This document shows, in pieces, positions 10,571-23,843 of a stretch of DNA of 64,000 bases. This DNA comes from Phoronis australis (lineage: Eukaryota; Animalia; Phoronida). Numbering within the stretch: position 1 is the stretch's first letter; the number at the start of each line of letters is the position of its first letter. The DNA lies in contig NMRA01000113.1 of assembly GCA_002633005.1 (NCBI GenBank), forward strand, positions 10,797 through 74,796, written 5' to 3'. Both the position numbers and the translations under genes were made by a program. The notes below the pieces were generated by a model, which did no database searches, had not been told where the DNA came from, and saw only the letters and a program-made list of their open reading frames with translations.

Positions 10571-12736
10571 TTTAAATCTCTATAACATTCCATGTCGATG
10601 CGATTTCTGTCGTTTTCCTTCGTTTTCCATTGGATGTTGCACTCCCAAAATTTCATTATTTTACCCGAATTTTACATATATTTGCCCGAAAGTTGGGGAG
10701 GCTATTACACCCGCCACCTCGCCTATGTACGCACGAACACACTAAAATGCTGGTACTTCACAATATTTTTTTAACCTGTAAACTTACGCGCAGAGCGACT
10801 TTATTTGCAAGGTTGTTAATTTGTGCAAGTTCTGGAACACAGGTGCTCTTTGATTAAGGGAAATAGTTTTGCCACATTTAGGCTCAAATTTACAATAGCC
10901 TTTGACCTCCTTTTTCAAGTCTATTGTATGCTGCCAACAGTCTTTAACATTCCCCGTCCTTTCTCTTGTCGCACATGAATCAAACTCATACCGTTAGACG
11001 AGACAAGTACTGTACTTTTGAAATACTCTTCACCACGTAAACATGATGGGTCGTAAATGCTCATTTCAAATTAGTTTTTTTCGTTTTCTTTATTCACATT
11101 TTTAAAGTAAGGTATCTGCGTGAAAAGGTCATATCAAAATGAAAATACCACACGTGCCTCCGATACCGGACTAGTCAGAGAAAAGGATATTAGTTTTGAA
11201 TAACACTGTTTTTCGGCGATGGCTGTATTGATAACGTGTCTGTCAACAAGTTTTACCTTGCACATGTTGACATTTATCAGTGGTCTTGAAAAAAGGACAA
11301 TAGAACGGGGACTGAGGTAATCACAGTTAAGCATTGAAGGTAGCCGATGACCAGCTGACATGTCGCACGATGATCTAAAATACTCCAAAAACAGCCAAAT
11401 TGAAAGTACACGGAAGCTCATATCCTGAGAGATGTGAGCAATAGAACGCATATGGTGCAACATTGACCTTGCGCGGCAACTGAACGATTCTCCAACGTGG
11501 TGTAAACTGATCTATCGTAGCGCGATCACACCAGAAGTCGCACCCAATACAGCGCTACTGCACCAGATGGACAACTGCTGCCTACTGGACAGAAAGTGAA
11601 AAATTTTCATTTTTGGATATTACCTTTAAATCCAGTTTGAAATATATGGTAGATTCAAAACTAACAAAATTATCCTTATTAAAAAAACTTCTTGTTGGTC
11701 TAAAAGACTTTTATTGTTACAAAACAATTATATTATCAAGGATTCAGGGTAACACAACCTGTAACAAAATTGAAATATTTCTAAAAACTTCTCATCTTTT
11801 TCATCTGTAACTACAAACCCAGTTGTGCCCAAAACTTTCAAGTGTTTCTCCCTGGATGCAGTGTCAGCTACTTCTTATAACACGAATAACACCAAATAAA
11901 AACTTGATTATGGTTCCAACTTTTCTTGTCTCTTCATTTTCCATTGTTTCTCAATTTTTTGTGAATTATTGTTCCTCAAGAAAAGATAACCCATTGCATT
12001 TTTTGCCCCTTTTAATTTTCCAGGACTTTTCCAGTCTTGTCATTTTACAATTTTTCAGTTTATTTATGATCAGAGGTGACCCTGTATATTGGAAAATTTG
12101 GGAGGAAAGTACAAACTTTACATAGTGGCTACTTGAATATTAGACCTGGCAAAGGTATCCAATCCCCCAAATAATTTTAGTCACCATCAAAACAACTTGT
12201 GTTACCAATCTTCTCGTAATTAGATTGCACAGAGTAAATGAAACACATTACACCAGAGAAGAATAAGACATCACAAACCATAGGAACAAAACAGAAATTA
12301 CCAACAACAAAATGTAGAGACATGAAATGAATGCACACACACAATGGAATTTACAAAGCAAAACAAGGCTTGATCAACAGCTAATGGTCAGTTACTCAGT
12401 AAAAAAAATACTTACAAGTAAGTATGTTACTTAAAAGCACGACAACCACCCTTTGTCAATTTCAATGAAAACTGGTTCTGTCACCTGCCTTGAAAGTTAC
12501 GGGATATTTCAGCTTAAGTACATCATAGTGTCACAAAGAGTCCCGTGTGATTCCAGTTTGGTGGTCTCTCTCCACACCACTCCACCAAAACGTTAGCCAC
12601 CTTTGCCAGTTTTGTAAAGAGTTTTTCAAAACTTGTTCCAAAGTTTTGAGAATTGACAAGGGTAACAAAACATTATTTTGCTTCAAGAATTTAAGTGATC
12701 AGGGCATAGTTAACACCTGTCATTAGCTAAAACAGN

Positions 12737-13616
12737 TTACAAAACAATTATATTATCAAGGATTCAGGGTAACACAACCTGTAACAAAATTGAAATATTT
12801 CTAAAAACTTCTCATCTTTTTCATCTGTAACTACAAACCCAGTTGTGCCCAAAACTTTCAAGTGTTTCTCCCTGGATGCAGTGTCAGCTACTTCTTATAA
12901 CACGAATAACACCAAATAAAAACTTGATTATGGTTCCAACTTTTCTTGTCTCTTCATTTTCCATTGTTTCTCAATTTTTTGTGAATTATTGTTCCTCAAG
13001 AAAAGATAACCCATTGCATTTTTTGCCCCTTTTAATTTTCCAGGACTTTTCCAGTCTTGTCATTTTACAATTTTTCAGTTTATTTATGATCAGAGGTGAC
13101 CCTGTATATTGGAAAATTTGGGAGGAAAGTACAAACTTTACATAGTGGCTACTTGAATATTAGACCTGGCAAAGGTATCCAATCCCCCAAATAATTTTAG
13201 TCACCATCAAAACAACTTGTGTTACCAATCTTCTCGTAATTAGATTGCACAGAGTAAATGAAACACATTACATCAGAGAAGAATAAGACATCACAAACCA
13301 TAGGAACAAAACATAAATTAACAACAACAAAATGTAGAGACATGAAATGAATGCAAACACACAATGGAATTTACAAAGCAAAACAAGGCTTGATCAACAG
13401 CTAATGGTCAGTTACTCAGTAAAAACAAGTACTTACAAGTAAGCATGTTACTTAAAAGCACGACAACCACCCTATGTCAATTTCAATGAAAACTGGTTCT
13501 GTCACCTGCCTTGAAAATTACCGGATATTTCAGCTTAAGTACATCATAGTGTCACAAAGAGTCCCGTGTGATCCAGTTTGGTGGTCTCTATCCACACCAC
13601 TCTCCCAAAACTTTAG
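12737..13616 (+). repeat. Near-perfect repeat of 11717..12596 immediately after an assembly gap (N at 12736)
   Basis: Offset is 1020 bp, with an identical spurious 100-aa ORF at 11823 and 12843. Similarity ends abruptly at about 13616. Confidence 0.9.
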
Positions 13617-14877
13617 GTTTTCATCTGGAGTAAAGCTCGTAACGCTAGAACGTCGCTAGTTAACAACAAAGTTACCCCTATCTGATTAAAAAGATGGTCC
13701 GGCATTTGAGCGAAATTGCGATCCCAAAATAATATGTCTTGTTAAAATAAACAAACTTTTACATCAAAAACATATTACAAACGTATTTCAGAACAATCCA
13801 CCAAATTTTTAAAATATCCAAACGTCCATAGACGCACTTTTGGAAATTGTTCCAAAAATACGCCTATAGGCTTACTTTTGGATGCTCCTACCGGTAGGCA
13901 CGACTCCGGGCGTTACAACTGAAATCAAAGCTTAAGAAAAAAACTGTAATGAATATACCTATGATGTACTTCCATAGGAACAATAAAATGATCAACACAA
14001 CTGCCTCTATTAGTGTCATCAGTGAAAAATATGTACATAACTCTATATACTAAAACAAACCTTATATGTAAGTGCCAGTCAGCGAGAAAAGAATTTATCG
14101 TAATCTACTTTGCCCGGGTTACGCCACGAGCCATATTGCAGAGTAAAACAAGATGAGGATTGAGAATGATGTCATTTATTATGACTTTAGTAGAAGAACT
14201 AAATAAGACTCCGTAAGATGGGCATGGAAAAAATCCACCGGCGAGTACACTGAATTGCCCTTACTGATGGAACTACAACAAAAGAACTGCCTAAAGGGCT
14301 CAAAGAAAATGTACAGATTATAAACAAAAAATTGCAAAAAGCCTAACAGGTCAGGTATAAAGAGAAAAAAAATGAACAGACACTCAGGATGGGGGGTGGG
14401 AAAAATGCAGTATACATAAATACCTAAGTAAATACATGTCTCTGGCAATACAAAAATACATACATGGCTGTATCTTACATGCTTCTGTCAAGTGGACATT
14501 TTTTACAATACCATACAACATTCACATAAATAAACACCGTCTCTGGTATAGACATGATTTGTAATTTTCAGACTTGGAAGGTATAAAATCATGGTCACCA
14601 TTCACTGAAAAACAGCACTGTCAATAACACGACTAATTTTTTTGAATAAAAATGTTCAAAATGAGTTCTCAGAAACGTCGCTGTTTTCTAAGCCACTCAT
14701 TTTTGTTATATGCAACCTGTAATTTCTTCATGAAATTATTGAAGGTCCCAGTATTTGCCACTACCGCCTCATGCAAAGTACTAATAGAACGCTACAAAAA
14801 CAATCCCTAAAATCGTGTTGCGGAAGAGTGCAATACCTGAAAGTTTCATTTGAACACGATCAGCCAACTTCCAATAC

Positions 14878-15085
14878 TCGTAGATTAAATAAAAGCACGC
14901 GTAAATTAAGCAAAAGTACATGTGGATTAAGCAAAAGTACACGTGAGATAAGCAAAAATACACGTAGATTAAACAAAAGTACACGTAGGTTAAGCAAAAG
15001 TACACGTATATTAAGCAAAAGTACACGTAGACTAAACAACACCGCGCGTATATTAAACAAAAGTATGCGTAGACTAAGTACATTT
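14878..15085. repeat. 21-bp minisatellite (~10 units, consensus agtacacgtagattaagcaaa)
   Basis: Periodicity is directly visible and produces the 7-aa pseudo-repeat ORFs on both strands. Confidence 0.92.
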
Positions 15086-15189
15086 CAACGCGCAAAAAGT
15101 TGCTCGTTTAAGAAGTCTTTGGCGCTTCGTACTAGACAAGCAGACGACAGTATTTCAAAGCTTATAACCTTGTCAATCAAATAAGAGAT

Positions 15190-15446
15190 CTGGGGCCCGT
15201 TTCAAAAAATGAGTTAAGGTCATTTTTGACTGATGTCTAAGATTTCTCTCAACTTCCAAACTTTGAAACTTCGACATCCGATAAGATAGTAGAACGTAAG
15301 ACAAAATTTAAGTAAATAACTTAAGTCAAACTTTTAAGATCACTTTCTTGGGACAGACTTAAGAAGACAAATTGAAGTTCTATCTTAAAATTGGATTACA
15401 TTTAAGATTTGTCTCAGCTAAGTCAGTTTTCTTGGATCGACCCCAG
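15190..15446. mobile_element. Probable degenerate PIF/Harbinger-type MITE
   Basis: Ends read ctg-gggcccgtttc and gatcgaccc-cag, with an interior rich in cttaag motifs. The TIRs are imperfect. Confidence 0.45.
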
Positions 15447-15789
15447 GAAACGAGAGGAGAGAAGCATCAGCAGTCGTATACTAAAACAAATATGGACGCA
15501 ATTCCTCGGGAATAGCAGGTAATATAGATCGCGAAAGGCAACACTGCTCTCCCTCGCTGGTCCATTTGATCTAATATTACTTTCAGGATCCGTCCATATT
15601 TGCATACATTTACAATTCTTAGCAATGAACTATATGGATTCGCTAGGTTTCCAAGCTTAAGTTATGAGTCAACATAATACAAAAATAAATAGTTATTGTG
15701 TTTTTCAATCATTCACATACAATGAATAATCATGAAACGCAAGTTCCGAAAGACGCCTGAAAGTTGTTATGTAACGATACAGTTGGCAA

Positions 15790-17649
15790 CTAACACGACA
15801 TGTCAAGAACTGAATAGGGGACATACCGTTTATTACTAATGCGCCGGAATCTGCGAGAGAGGAGGTTTTTTGTTAGTCCTCTCAACAGGAACAATCCATA
15901 TTTTTCATATTCTAAGGCCGCTTGAAGTTTATATAAATGCACAACGAAGTCACTGTGTTTGGACATGTTCCCAACCGCTTCCGACATCAGGGCAATCAAA
16001 AAATTGAACATCATTACTGGAATAACGAAAACAAACACCACATGAACAAGCATAGGGGATACCTTTACACCACTTTGAACCGAAACCATGTTTAATGTGA
16101 CTAAGAACGTGTTGTACAGATTCGTATCCATGGCAGCAAATCCAGGATGGGTTTGAAACAAAATAATATAGAAAACGAGTGCGAAGGAAAATAATAAGAA
16201 TAACAGGATTATCAAAAATTTAACTACAACTATCACCATTCTCTGGAAAGCTATAATGTAAAAGCTTATAAATCGCATAGGCTGCACATAGTACATGAAT
16301 GACGACGTGGTGGTAAAACAAGACAACATAACCATGTATTCCAACAAAAAATTCATGCTGCACTGTGCGTACGCCTGCACGGTCATCCATGCTATGAAAG
16401 AATCGCACTGGATACATATTAGAAGTACATCATTATGTACAATGTAATGCTTTCGTGTTTTTCGCTTATACCCATATTTGAAATATTTTATTGCATACCA
16501 AGCATCGAATGCCCCAAAAACAATATTATGTATTATACCGCTGTATAACATTATTAACGCAGAGAACACGATGTACAACAACATGCTTGGTAAAGGCAAA
16601 GTCTTTAGTGGACAGATTGCCTGTGCGTCGTACGTGAAGTAGTAGTCATGTTTAGTGTAGTTCGTTTGTGTGTCATTATGTGACACGTTATCATTCTGTG
16701 CAGATATGGACGGTATGTAAAATATTAACGTCGTGCAAAGAGAGGACGCAAATATAATAAGACGAGATACTAGTGCCATGACATATATCGGAAATGTGTT
16801 TTCAATAACTGCGTCTGCGGTTGGTTTCAGGAATTTGAAGTAGACGTCTTTAAATCCATCACGATTTAAAGTAATGAAATCTATGTGCCTGACCAGTAAC
16901 CTCAACGGTGAACGATGTAAACGAGTGCTGTTCGCTCCATGGTACTCGGTGATATCGTGTAAATATGTCAGCTGAAGACCGTCTCTCTCCACCGCCACGT
17001 AGACACCCTCGGTGCTGAAGAGGGAACTAAAAAACTTAAAGCTCCCAAGTCGTATTGCTAACTCTAGTGGTCGAAATTGTCGACTATTTTCTGTGAACAA
17101 TATTCTTTTTAAAGAATGCACGCCATCCTTTTGCTGAAAATAAAACCATTTAATTGTCTCGTAAACGTCACAGTACGAATTATCGGAGCGGGGCCATGCA
17201 CTCGCAAACATGGCGATCATGTGGAAGACGTTGTTTCCATTGGCCTCTTTTGCTTCTTCTAAGTCGACACCAAATTCCAGTAACAGTCCGACTAAAGCTG
17301 TAGACTTGGACATTACAGCAAGTGTAATCGGGTGAATTATTGAGTCAGGGAAGTTTGCAAGAAGACAGTTTTTGTCGTACACCTCACGACAAAGGTTCAG
17401 TTTGCAGTTGTTCATATTGGTGTATGATGAGAGATCACCGTGCAACAGTTCATGACGGCCGCGTGCATCAAGTTGGTTAAGTATCAGCCTAGCCTGAACG
17501 TCATCTCCAGTTCTCAACACATTGAACCACCGTGACACACGATCTGTACACATGTCTTCGATGTCCAAATCTTGTAGAGTCATGTCTCTTGAATAGTAGA
17601 TCGTGGGATACACTGGCAGTGGCTGCACTTTACCTTCGAAACGTCCCAT
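15790..17649 (-). CDS. TRPV5/6-like cation channel, divergent paralogue C, intronless CDS (~619 aa)
   Basis: First ATG at 17649. Has the same motifs as A and B (HPITLAV, GNNVFHMIA, NSRQFRPLELAIRLG, HDITEY, RSPL, MMFNFLIALMSEA) but is strongly diverged from them. Confidence 0.85.
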   Translation of the reverse strand: MGRFEGKVQPLPVYPTIYYSRDMTLQDLDIEDMCTDRVSRWFNVLRTGDDVQARLILNQLDARGRHELLHGDLSSYTNMNNCKLNLCREVYDKNCLLANFPDSIIHPITLAVMSKSTALVGLLLEFGVDLEEAKEANGNNVFHMIAMFASAWPRSDNSYCDVYETIKWFYFQQKDGVHSLKRILFTENSRQFRPLELAIRLGSFKFFSSLFSTEGVYVAVERDGLQLTYLHDITEYHGANSTRLHRSPLRLLVRHIDFITLNRDGFKDVYFKFLKPTADAVIENTFPIYVMALVSRLIIFASSLCTTLIFYIPSISAQNDNVSHNDTQTNYTKHDYYFTYDAQAICPLKTLPLPSMLLYIVFSALIMLYSGIIHNIVFGAFDAWYAIKYFKYGYKRKTRKHYIVHNDVLLICIQCDSFIAWMTVQAYAQCSMNFLLEYMVMLSCFTTTSSFMYYVQPMRFISFYIIAFQRMVIVVVKFLIILLFLLFSFALVFYIILFQTHPGFAAMDTNLYNTFLVTLNMVSVQSGVKVSPMLVHVVFVFVIPVMMFNFLIALMSEAVGNMSKHSDFVVHLYKLQAALEYEKYGLFLLRGLTKNLLSRRFRRISNKRYVPYSVLDMSC

Positions 17650-17697
17650 TTGCAACCTGACTACTGATGTGTATGACGAATAGGCCTACAAGTAGGC

Positions 17698-17734
<37 letters not shown>
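17698..17734. repeat. (TA)n(TG)n microsatellite ~50 bp upstream of the paralogue C start codon
   Basis: Directly visible. Confidence 0.92.
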
Positions 17735-20700
17735 TTCTTTGTTGCCTTATTGACCATTTTGGCGGCTACATACAGTCTTTAACAATTACAGTTGATGTAG
17801 GTAGCTGAGAATGCGTTGCGCAGGATGTGTGACTAATACTGAAACAAAAGATGCCCTCTCTGCCATTTAAACCAGAAACACTTATGATGCGCAGCAAATG
17901 GCATAATAATGCAAGACTAATTAATGTCATTAAGCACTCGGAAGCTCTGTGACGTTTACTTGGTGATCTCAATCAAGATTCAGTAAAGTAGCAAACACGG
18001 TAATTTGAAATCTAGTAGTTCGATGATAGTGAAGTGACATGAAATATCGATGGGTTGAGTTTAAATAAGACGATACAGCAATTGCAAAATTACGTCAAAT
18101 GTCAAAATGTAAATTCTGATTGAACTTCGAACTCAGACTAAGCCGGACCCGAAAAATATTCCATACCTAGGTAGAAGCTAGGGTGGGGTTACAAAAAATA
18201 CCTCATAGTATTTGTTACAGACTCAGGATGAAGCCTGGACATTCTGAACATTTAAATCTAAATCAGTAAAACCAGAAAAGTGGAGTCACTTTTGAAGGAG
18301 AACGATAAAATAAGATAACACTGCAAGTCTCACGTTAAAAGTCTGGTACCGGAAAGGCGCTCTCAACGCCAGAAATTATTTCCCATGGCATCACGGAGGA
18401 ACTTAAAATGAGCTGATAACTTGGAAAGTGAGTGGATTGAAAGCACAAAACTTGTTGCGGAATAAAGTGCAAACTGACCGCGCACGCAGATTGCGAAGTC
18501 TGAGCCACAGTAAACGTAGCATGTATCTATGCTTTTTAGCGTTGTTTTTTTTGACAGTTTAACATTTAATTGGGCTGAAATGGTACTTATTTTTTTCTTT
18601 TCACGGTCACCCTTATCTATGATCCATTTTGTTAATCTCAGGATAATTTTTGTAATAGGTCTATCTTTATTACCACAAATTATTATTTCTTGTTTCCTCT
18701 CTATATGAACTTATGTTTCTTATCAGGTCTACTTGCTGTTTTTCCTCTTGCTTGATTTACTTAAATATTTTATGTATGTATTAGTGTGTGTTATCTATCC
18801 ACCTCATTGCTTAGCCAACCTATATCTACCGCCGCCTACCGCAATGACGCAATGATGAGCGAACACCTGCCAGCTGTTTACTTGTTACGCTTTTTTATTG
18901 CCTATCGTACCAGAGGTTATTATTTTTACATATTGAAATTTGTATTGATCCGTATTCTTTGTAATTGTATTCTGTTATAATAAATTAACTTATTTCGCTA
19001 TTCTCGGTCTCCTTTTCATTTCTGGTAACGAGCACGTATATTTACTAGGGACATAATTCGACCATGAACAGGTAGGCCTACTACCAAGGATACGTTTCGA
19101 GGCGAAAAGAGTGTTCTGCGAGTATGCTCAGGAGCTTTCAGGCACAGATGAACGAAATGTCTGCGTTGTGTGTAGAGCATAGACTTCACATTAAGATGTC
19201 TATGGTGTAGAGTAGCCACTCCTGGCGTGATTTTGCATGGTCTTGCGTCATCATGATCTTGTTTTCATTCAAGCTTCTCGCATCTACGGAATGCATCCCA
19301 GACAATATGTGTATCACACAGTCAAATGTTAACTCGCCAGAATAGCAACTTGATCTCTGCTTAAAAGCATACGTGATTTCTTCTCAAAACTATGTCGCTC
19401 TTTAGTTCCTCACAAGGTTAAGTGGGATGACCAGACAAGTGGAACAGTGGTGGTGCTGTGGACAACAACTTGTACGAAATACCGAGCATGAAGGATATAA
19501 TAGGGGAATGTGGCCTTCTCGGCTGCGAGCGTTTGTCTGGACGTTTTTCTTTTACCCCCAGTTTAGAGATTCTATACACAGCGTGTGGAAGCAACTTCTG
19601 CTGTGGAAATTTGTTCTGGGGAATTGCTGGACATAACCGTGCTTAGACAGACGTGGAAATGAGATGACAAGACTCAGTGCTCTGGGGAAATCACTGGTCC
19701 TTCTGGGTAGGATGGTGGAATGGCAGGTTAGCCAAATGACAGCAAGGACCAGCTTGACTCTTTTTCGTGTTTTGTGATTTTAAAATAGAAGTTGTTGAAA
19801 CTTACATCAAGTGCCGTGAAGCAATTGGACAGTAAAGGAAATGCGCATCATTTGGTTTCCAAGTAGACTGCTACGTGATTTTTGCCAATTTTAAACAAGC
19901 CCTTTTAAAGACATTTTTGGGTGCGAAAATTGCTGCGGCAGCAAGGAATTTGTAAAACGAAAACCTGGCAACCGGGAAAGCAACAGACCAAAGATGAATT
20001 TGGTTGAGTAATAATTTTATTACGTTCTTAAACATGTAGCCCTGCAGAGCAAAGGCACTAGGCAAAATGTTCTCATGGTCTGCATTAGCACTGGCACTTT
20101 TGTTAGGCTGAATAGATTTGTAAAAGAGACTCGTGTGAAAAAGCCTGTGGTAAAACAGGAGGGCTTCAGTTGTTGTACACTCAAGAACTGGCAAAATTCA
20201 TTTCAAAGGGAAATTCTTCCTTTGCAAACTCCTTAATTTTGTGACTTCGACATTTGTGCAAACAAAATAGTTATCGCATTGCAAACTAGTATGTAAAAAG
20301 TTTTAAATTGAATCCACAGAGGAAAACAATGTAGTATTTATTAAAATTTTGGTGGGCATTTAAGTCTCGACTTTTGAGAGTAATGCGAGAAAGGAGGCAG
20401 GCATTGTTGGAGGTGCATTCCACTCAGATGGTTATCTTGACTTTTGTCACTCATCCATCGCTTTGTGATGGAATGTATGTTAAAATACACCAAAACTACT
20501 GCCCAAAAACCTTAATAAAAATAAAAAACACCGAAGCTGTCGTTTTATGGACTTACACGGATACTTTTTCTTCAACAACTTTAGTTGGGTTTCCCTCTTA
20601 CGATAGCCTAGATCCGCCAGTGACCGAGTTAGACGCCGTAATCGACCGACTGTTGTGATGTAACAGTGGAGACAGGGACCCAAAGTTCACAAAAATATAA

Positions 20701-21977
20701 ATCTGGTACTGTCTCAAGGAAATCATGATTATACGAACGACAATCGAGTTATGTTATGCTTTGTTGTCAGTTGAGCTGGGACAACATATCAGTAACGCTT
20801 TGTTTGTGAATAGATTGAAACTTGTTATTTCTCTAGTTGACAGATATTTGAACACTTTTATAACACAATGTCTCTGGTGGACAAATTCTATTTATGATCG
20901 ACATATGTCCCGAACAGTAATAAATGATACGTGCATCACAAGCTCAATACCAGAGATGAAAAGGAGACTGTGGTAGTCGATATAAGGTCATTTATTATGA
21001 CTAATACAATTATAAGTACTAGATAGTAAATAAAAATATGTAAAATACAAAATATACATCTCTGGTAATATGGGCAATAAAAAAGAAAACCATTGTCATT
21101 GAACAAAAGTATCTACAGCGTCCGCATGATCGCTACAGTTTTCAACCACCTTCGTACCCCTTGGATATCACCATTTTGGACAAGCGCGATGGTGTCAAAT
21201 TTGAGGAGGATGAGCCTCTGTGGATGAGCAGCGGGTATTTTTGACTTAAGGGACATTCTCGGTGAAAAATGTAGTTTTATGAAAATAAGAAGTAGAGCGG
21301 AATCCACCCCAGCACTTGTTCCGAAGAAGCATCCGGCGCTGTGTCAATGAGTCTCATCGTACAAAATCAACATTTACATATCTGAGCGCGTAGCAGGTTT
21401 TCACGAAGTTGAAAAGCTGATAAAATATATTAACAAAGGTTAACAACTTGTTAAAAGTCATAGTTAAATGAATTTATACACGGAAGGGTGCTTACAATAA
21501 TGTATGTCCTTTTTCTAAGTTTAGTTAATGTAGTACAAAAATAAAAATTTTGTCAGAGTTTTTGAATGGTAAAGACACCGGCATTGATTTCAGCGAATAT
21601 CTGGCAGACAACTGCGAGAATTGGCAATTCGTAATAAAAGTCTCAAAAAAAAAAACGAACTTTATAGTCATTTAGCTCTGGTCAACCTAATATCGTCGTG
21701 AAGTCAATCCCATCTAACAATAATGCCAAAATGCGATTCTCGGTGATAAAACTGACGATGTTCCTTAAAAGCAATAGTAACTTGGTACTGCTTTAAACAG
21801 AGTGGCGACTCGGGTTCAGGCTCAGGTGAATACCAGTGTGATGACTGGGAAATAAATATCAAATTAGACAAGACAGAATGGCTAATACAGAAATCAGTCG
21901 CTGGGTTGGGGGATTGTCCCCTAAGAATTGTTCGTAATCATGTCATGAATACAGCTAAAACACTTTTAGTAACAAGT

Positions 21978-23843
21978 TTACTTATTGACGATTTTTGTTA
22001 TTGAGAAGTACGTTCTTCCATTAACGTGATGAAAGTGTTTCAATGCGTGCTTTCGATACCATTGTTCAAACACTGGGATAGTGGCTACATTATATTCTAT
22101 GTCGTTGGACATCTCAATTTTGTGTAGTTTCATCAGAACAGTTTTCTGCTTGGTCATCCGAGCAACACTGTCTGACATTAAAGCAATAATGAAGTTAAGC
22201 ATTAATACTACCATCACCATAATATACAAAAAGTGAAAAGACGCTACCGCCAAGCTATCTTTTGATTCATAGTGCAAATGAACCGTGTTGAGCATGACGT
22301 TAAAGGAAGCAATTACGCTTTGAAGAGGGTTCGAAAACAAAGGGTTTGTGTTACTGTTAATGATGGTGTACCATATCATAGCACAGGTGAGGAGCAAGAT
22401 ACCAAAAAGAATCAAGAACTTTGCCAAGATGGAGACCATATTTTGGAAGACAATGACGTAATAGCCTATAAATGGCAAGGGCTGAAGAAAGTAAAAGAAG
22501 GACCAAACAGCACAAAGCAAGGCAGTGAAGACTGCGAAATAGAAAAAAGGGGAACTGCAAAACTTGCTGATCAGTAACATAAAAAAGTTCGTGGTCGCCA
22601 TTACAAGATGAATCAAATCACATGATACATAAAATATTTTATCGACGACATAGCGTTTAGAAATTTGGCGTTTCATCACACTGTTGTACTGCCTCCACTG
22701 AGCACATGTTTTGCATGCAATGATGAGATAGCCCAGAAGTCGGGCAAACAGGGTGGCGTGCAAGAAGCAGAACAGCCAGACATTTGTACTTTGATAAAAA
22801 TATTTGTCAAATAATTCAATGAGGCACCCCCTCTCCAAAATTTGGGATTGGTTGCCTAGACCTTCCATCACAATCGATTTGTACGAAGTCATGCAGACAA
22901 ACACGTACATAAATGTATAGACCAGTCGCCATATCAACCAAGCGACAAAAAGTGGCAACGTGCACCTGAATTGCTTGTCCGCCCAGATTCTCAATAAGCT
23001 AAACGGCGATTTGTTAAGACTTGTGTTGTCGAGCTGAGAGTGTTCAGCGTACAAAAGTAAAGAAAGAGGTGATCTGTGACGTCGTTGAGGATGCATCCCA
23101 GAGTATTCTGTGATGTCATATCTGTAGTGAACCTCAAGACCTCGCTGTTCTGTGAGTCTATGGACTCCTTCTGTGTTAAATAAGGCTTCAAATATACTGT
23201 GACACCCAAGTCGGCAGGCCAGCTCTAACGGACGGAAATCTTGGCTATTGCCCTCGTGCAGCAGGTTTGTTAACACACTCATCGAGTTAGACGCTTTGTA
23301 GAAACTAGAGATGGATGAGTAAATGCTGACAAATGCGTCTTCAAATTCCGGATAAATGCTAGAGAACAAGACAAGCATATGAACTACGTTATTACCGTGT
23401 TCTTCCTTAATGCCCGTGATTGTGTTACCGTTTTCTGAAATCAGTAATGTTACCAAACTTTCATTCATACTCATCATTGCTAAAACTAATGGGTGGATTA
23501 GTCGTGACGGAAAGAGCTGAAGAACAGCGCTTTGGTCATAGATTTCCTGCACAAAAAATAATGAATTTTTGACAAGGGTTTTGTCTCCCCTAAATACTCC
23601 TTTCGTCAACAATTCCTTTTCTGTTTGCTTTGCCTGTTTCAACATCGACTCTGCTTCTGCCACGTTTCCATTAACGAGAATGAGGAACCACGCCTCGTAA
23701 TCGGACACGTCCATTGTTTTATTATCATTCAATACAACAATCTCCATTGCGCAATCTTCGTCGCTTTCTCCATTTCGTTCTCTTTCGGTTGTCAGTTCTT
23801 GAACATTGTAAACCGTGTTACCATCATTGAATACTCCAAACAT
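21978..23843 (-). CDS. TRPV5/6-like cation channel, paralogue A2, intronless CDS (621 aa)
   Basis: Intact ORF, highly similar to B1 and B2. A GAA>TAA change removes the final ETCY found in the B copies. Confidence 0.88.
   Translation of the reverse strand: MFGVFNDGNTVYNVQELTTERERNGESDEDCAMEIVVLNDNKTMDVSDYEAWFLILVNGNVAEAESMLKQAKQTEKELLTKGVFRGDKTLVKNSLFFVQEIYDQSAVLQLFPSRLIHPLVLAMMSMNESLVTLLISENGNTITGIKEEHGNNVVHMLVLFSSIYPEFEDAFVSIYSSISSFYKASNSMSVLTNLLHEGNSQDFRPLELACRLGCHSIFEALFNTEGVHRLTEQRGLEVHYRYDITEYSGMHPQRRHRSPLSLLLYAEHSQLDNTSLNKSPFSLLRIWADKQFRCTLPLFVAWLIWRLVYTFMYVFVCMTSYKSIVMEGLGNQSQILERGCLIELFDKYFYQSTNVWLFCFLHATLFARLLGYLIIACKTCAQWRQYNSVMKRQISKRYVVDKIFYVSCDLIHLVMATTNFFMLLISKFCSSPFFYFAVFTALLCAVWSFFYFLQPLPFIGYYVIVFQNMVSILAKFLILFGILLLTCAMIWYTIINSNTNPLFSNPLQSVIASFNVMLNTVHLHYESKDSLAVASFHFLYIMVMVVLMLNFIIALMSDSVARMTKQKTVLMKLHKIEMSNDIEYNVATIPVFEQWYRKHALKHFHHVNGRTYFSITKIVNK

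Larger units (their letters stand above)
1..12735 (+). repeat. Segmental duplication copy 1 (matches ~22330..35478)
   Basis: Coding and intergenic sequence are colinear and highly similar to 22330..35478, with scattered substitutions and several indels. Confidence 0.93.

Noticed and set aside
10222-10745. ORFs rich in MYVC/HTYI
   Set aside because: These are translations of the TGTA microsatellite. The tract is nearly absent in the second copy.
11823-13145. 100-aa hydrophobic ORF seen three times (11823, 12843, 34567)
   Set aside because: It starts at TTG in T-rich sequence, has no recognisable motif, and recurs only because of the duplication and the gap overlap. It may be TMX3 3' flank or UTR.
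14771-15184. 137-aa ORF with STRRLNK heptad repeats
   Set aside because: It is a by-product of a 21-bp minisatellite that is open in several frames and strands, with no other coding evidence.
19420-20260. Coding-like composition between paralogues C and A2
   Set aside because: There is no long frame or recognisable domain. It may be a decayed transposon, but it cannot be assigned without a search.
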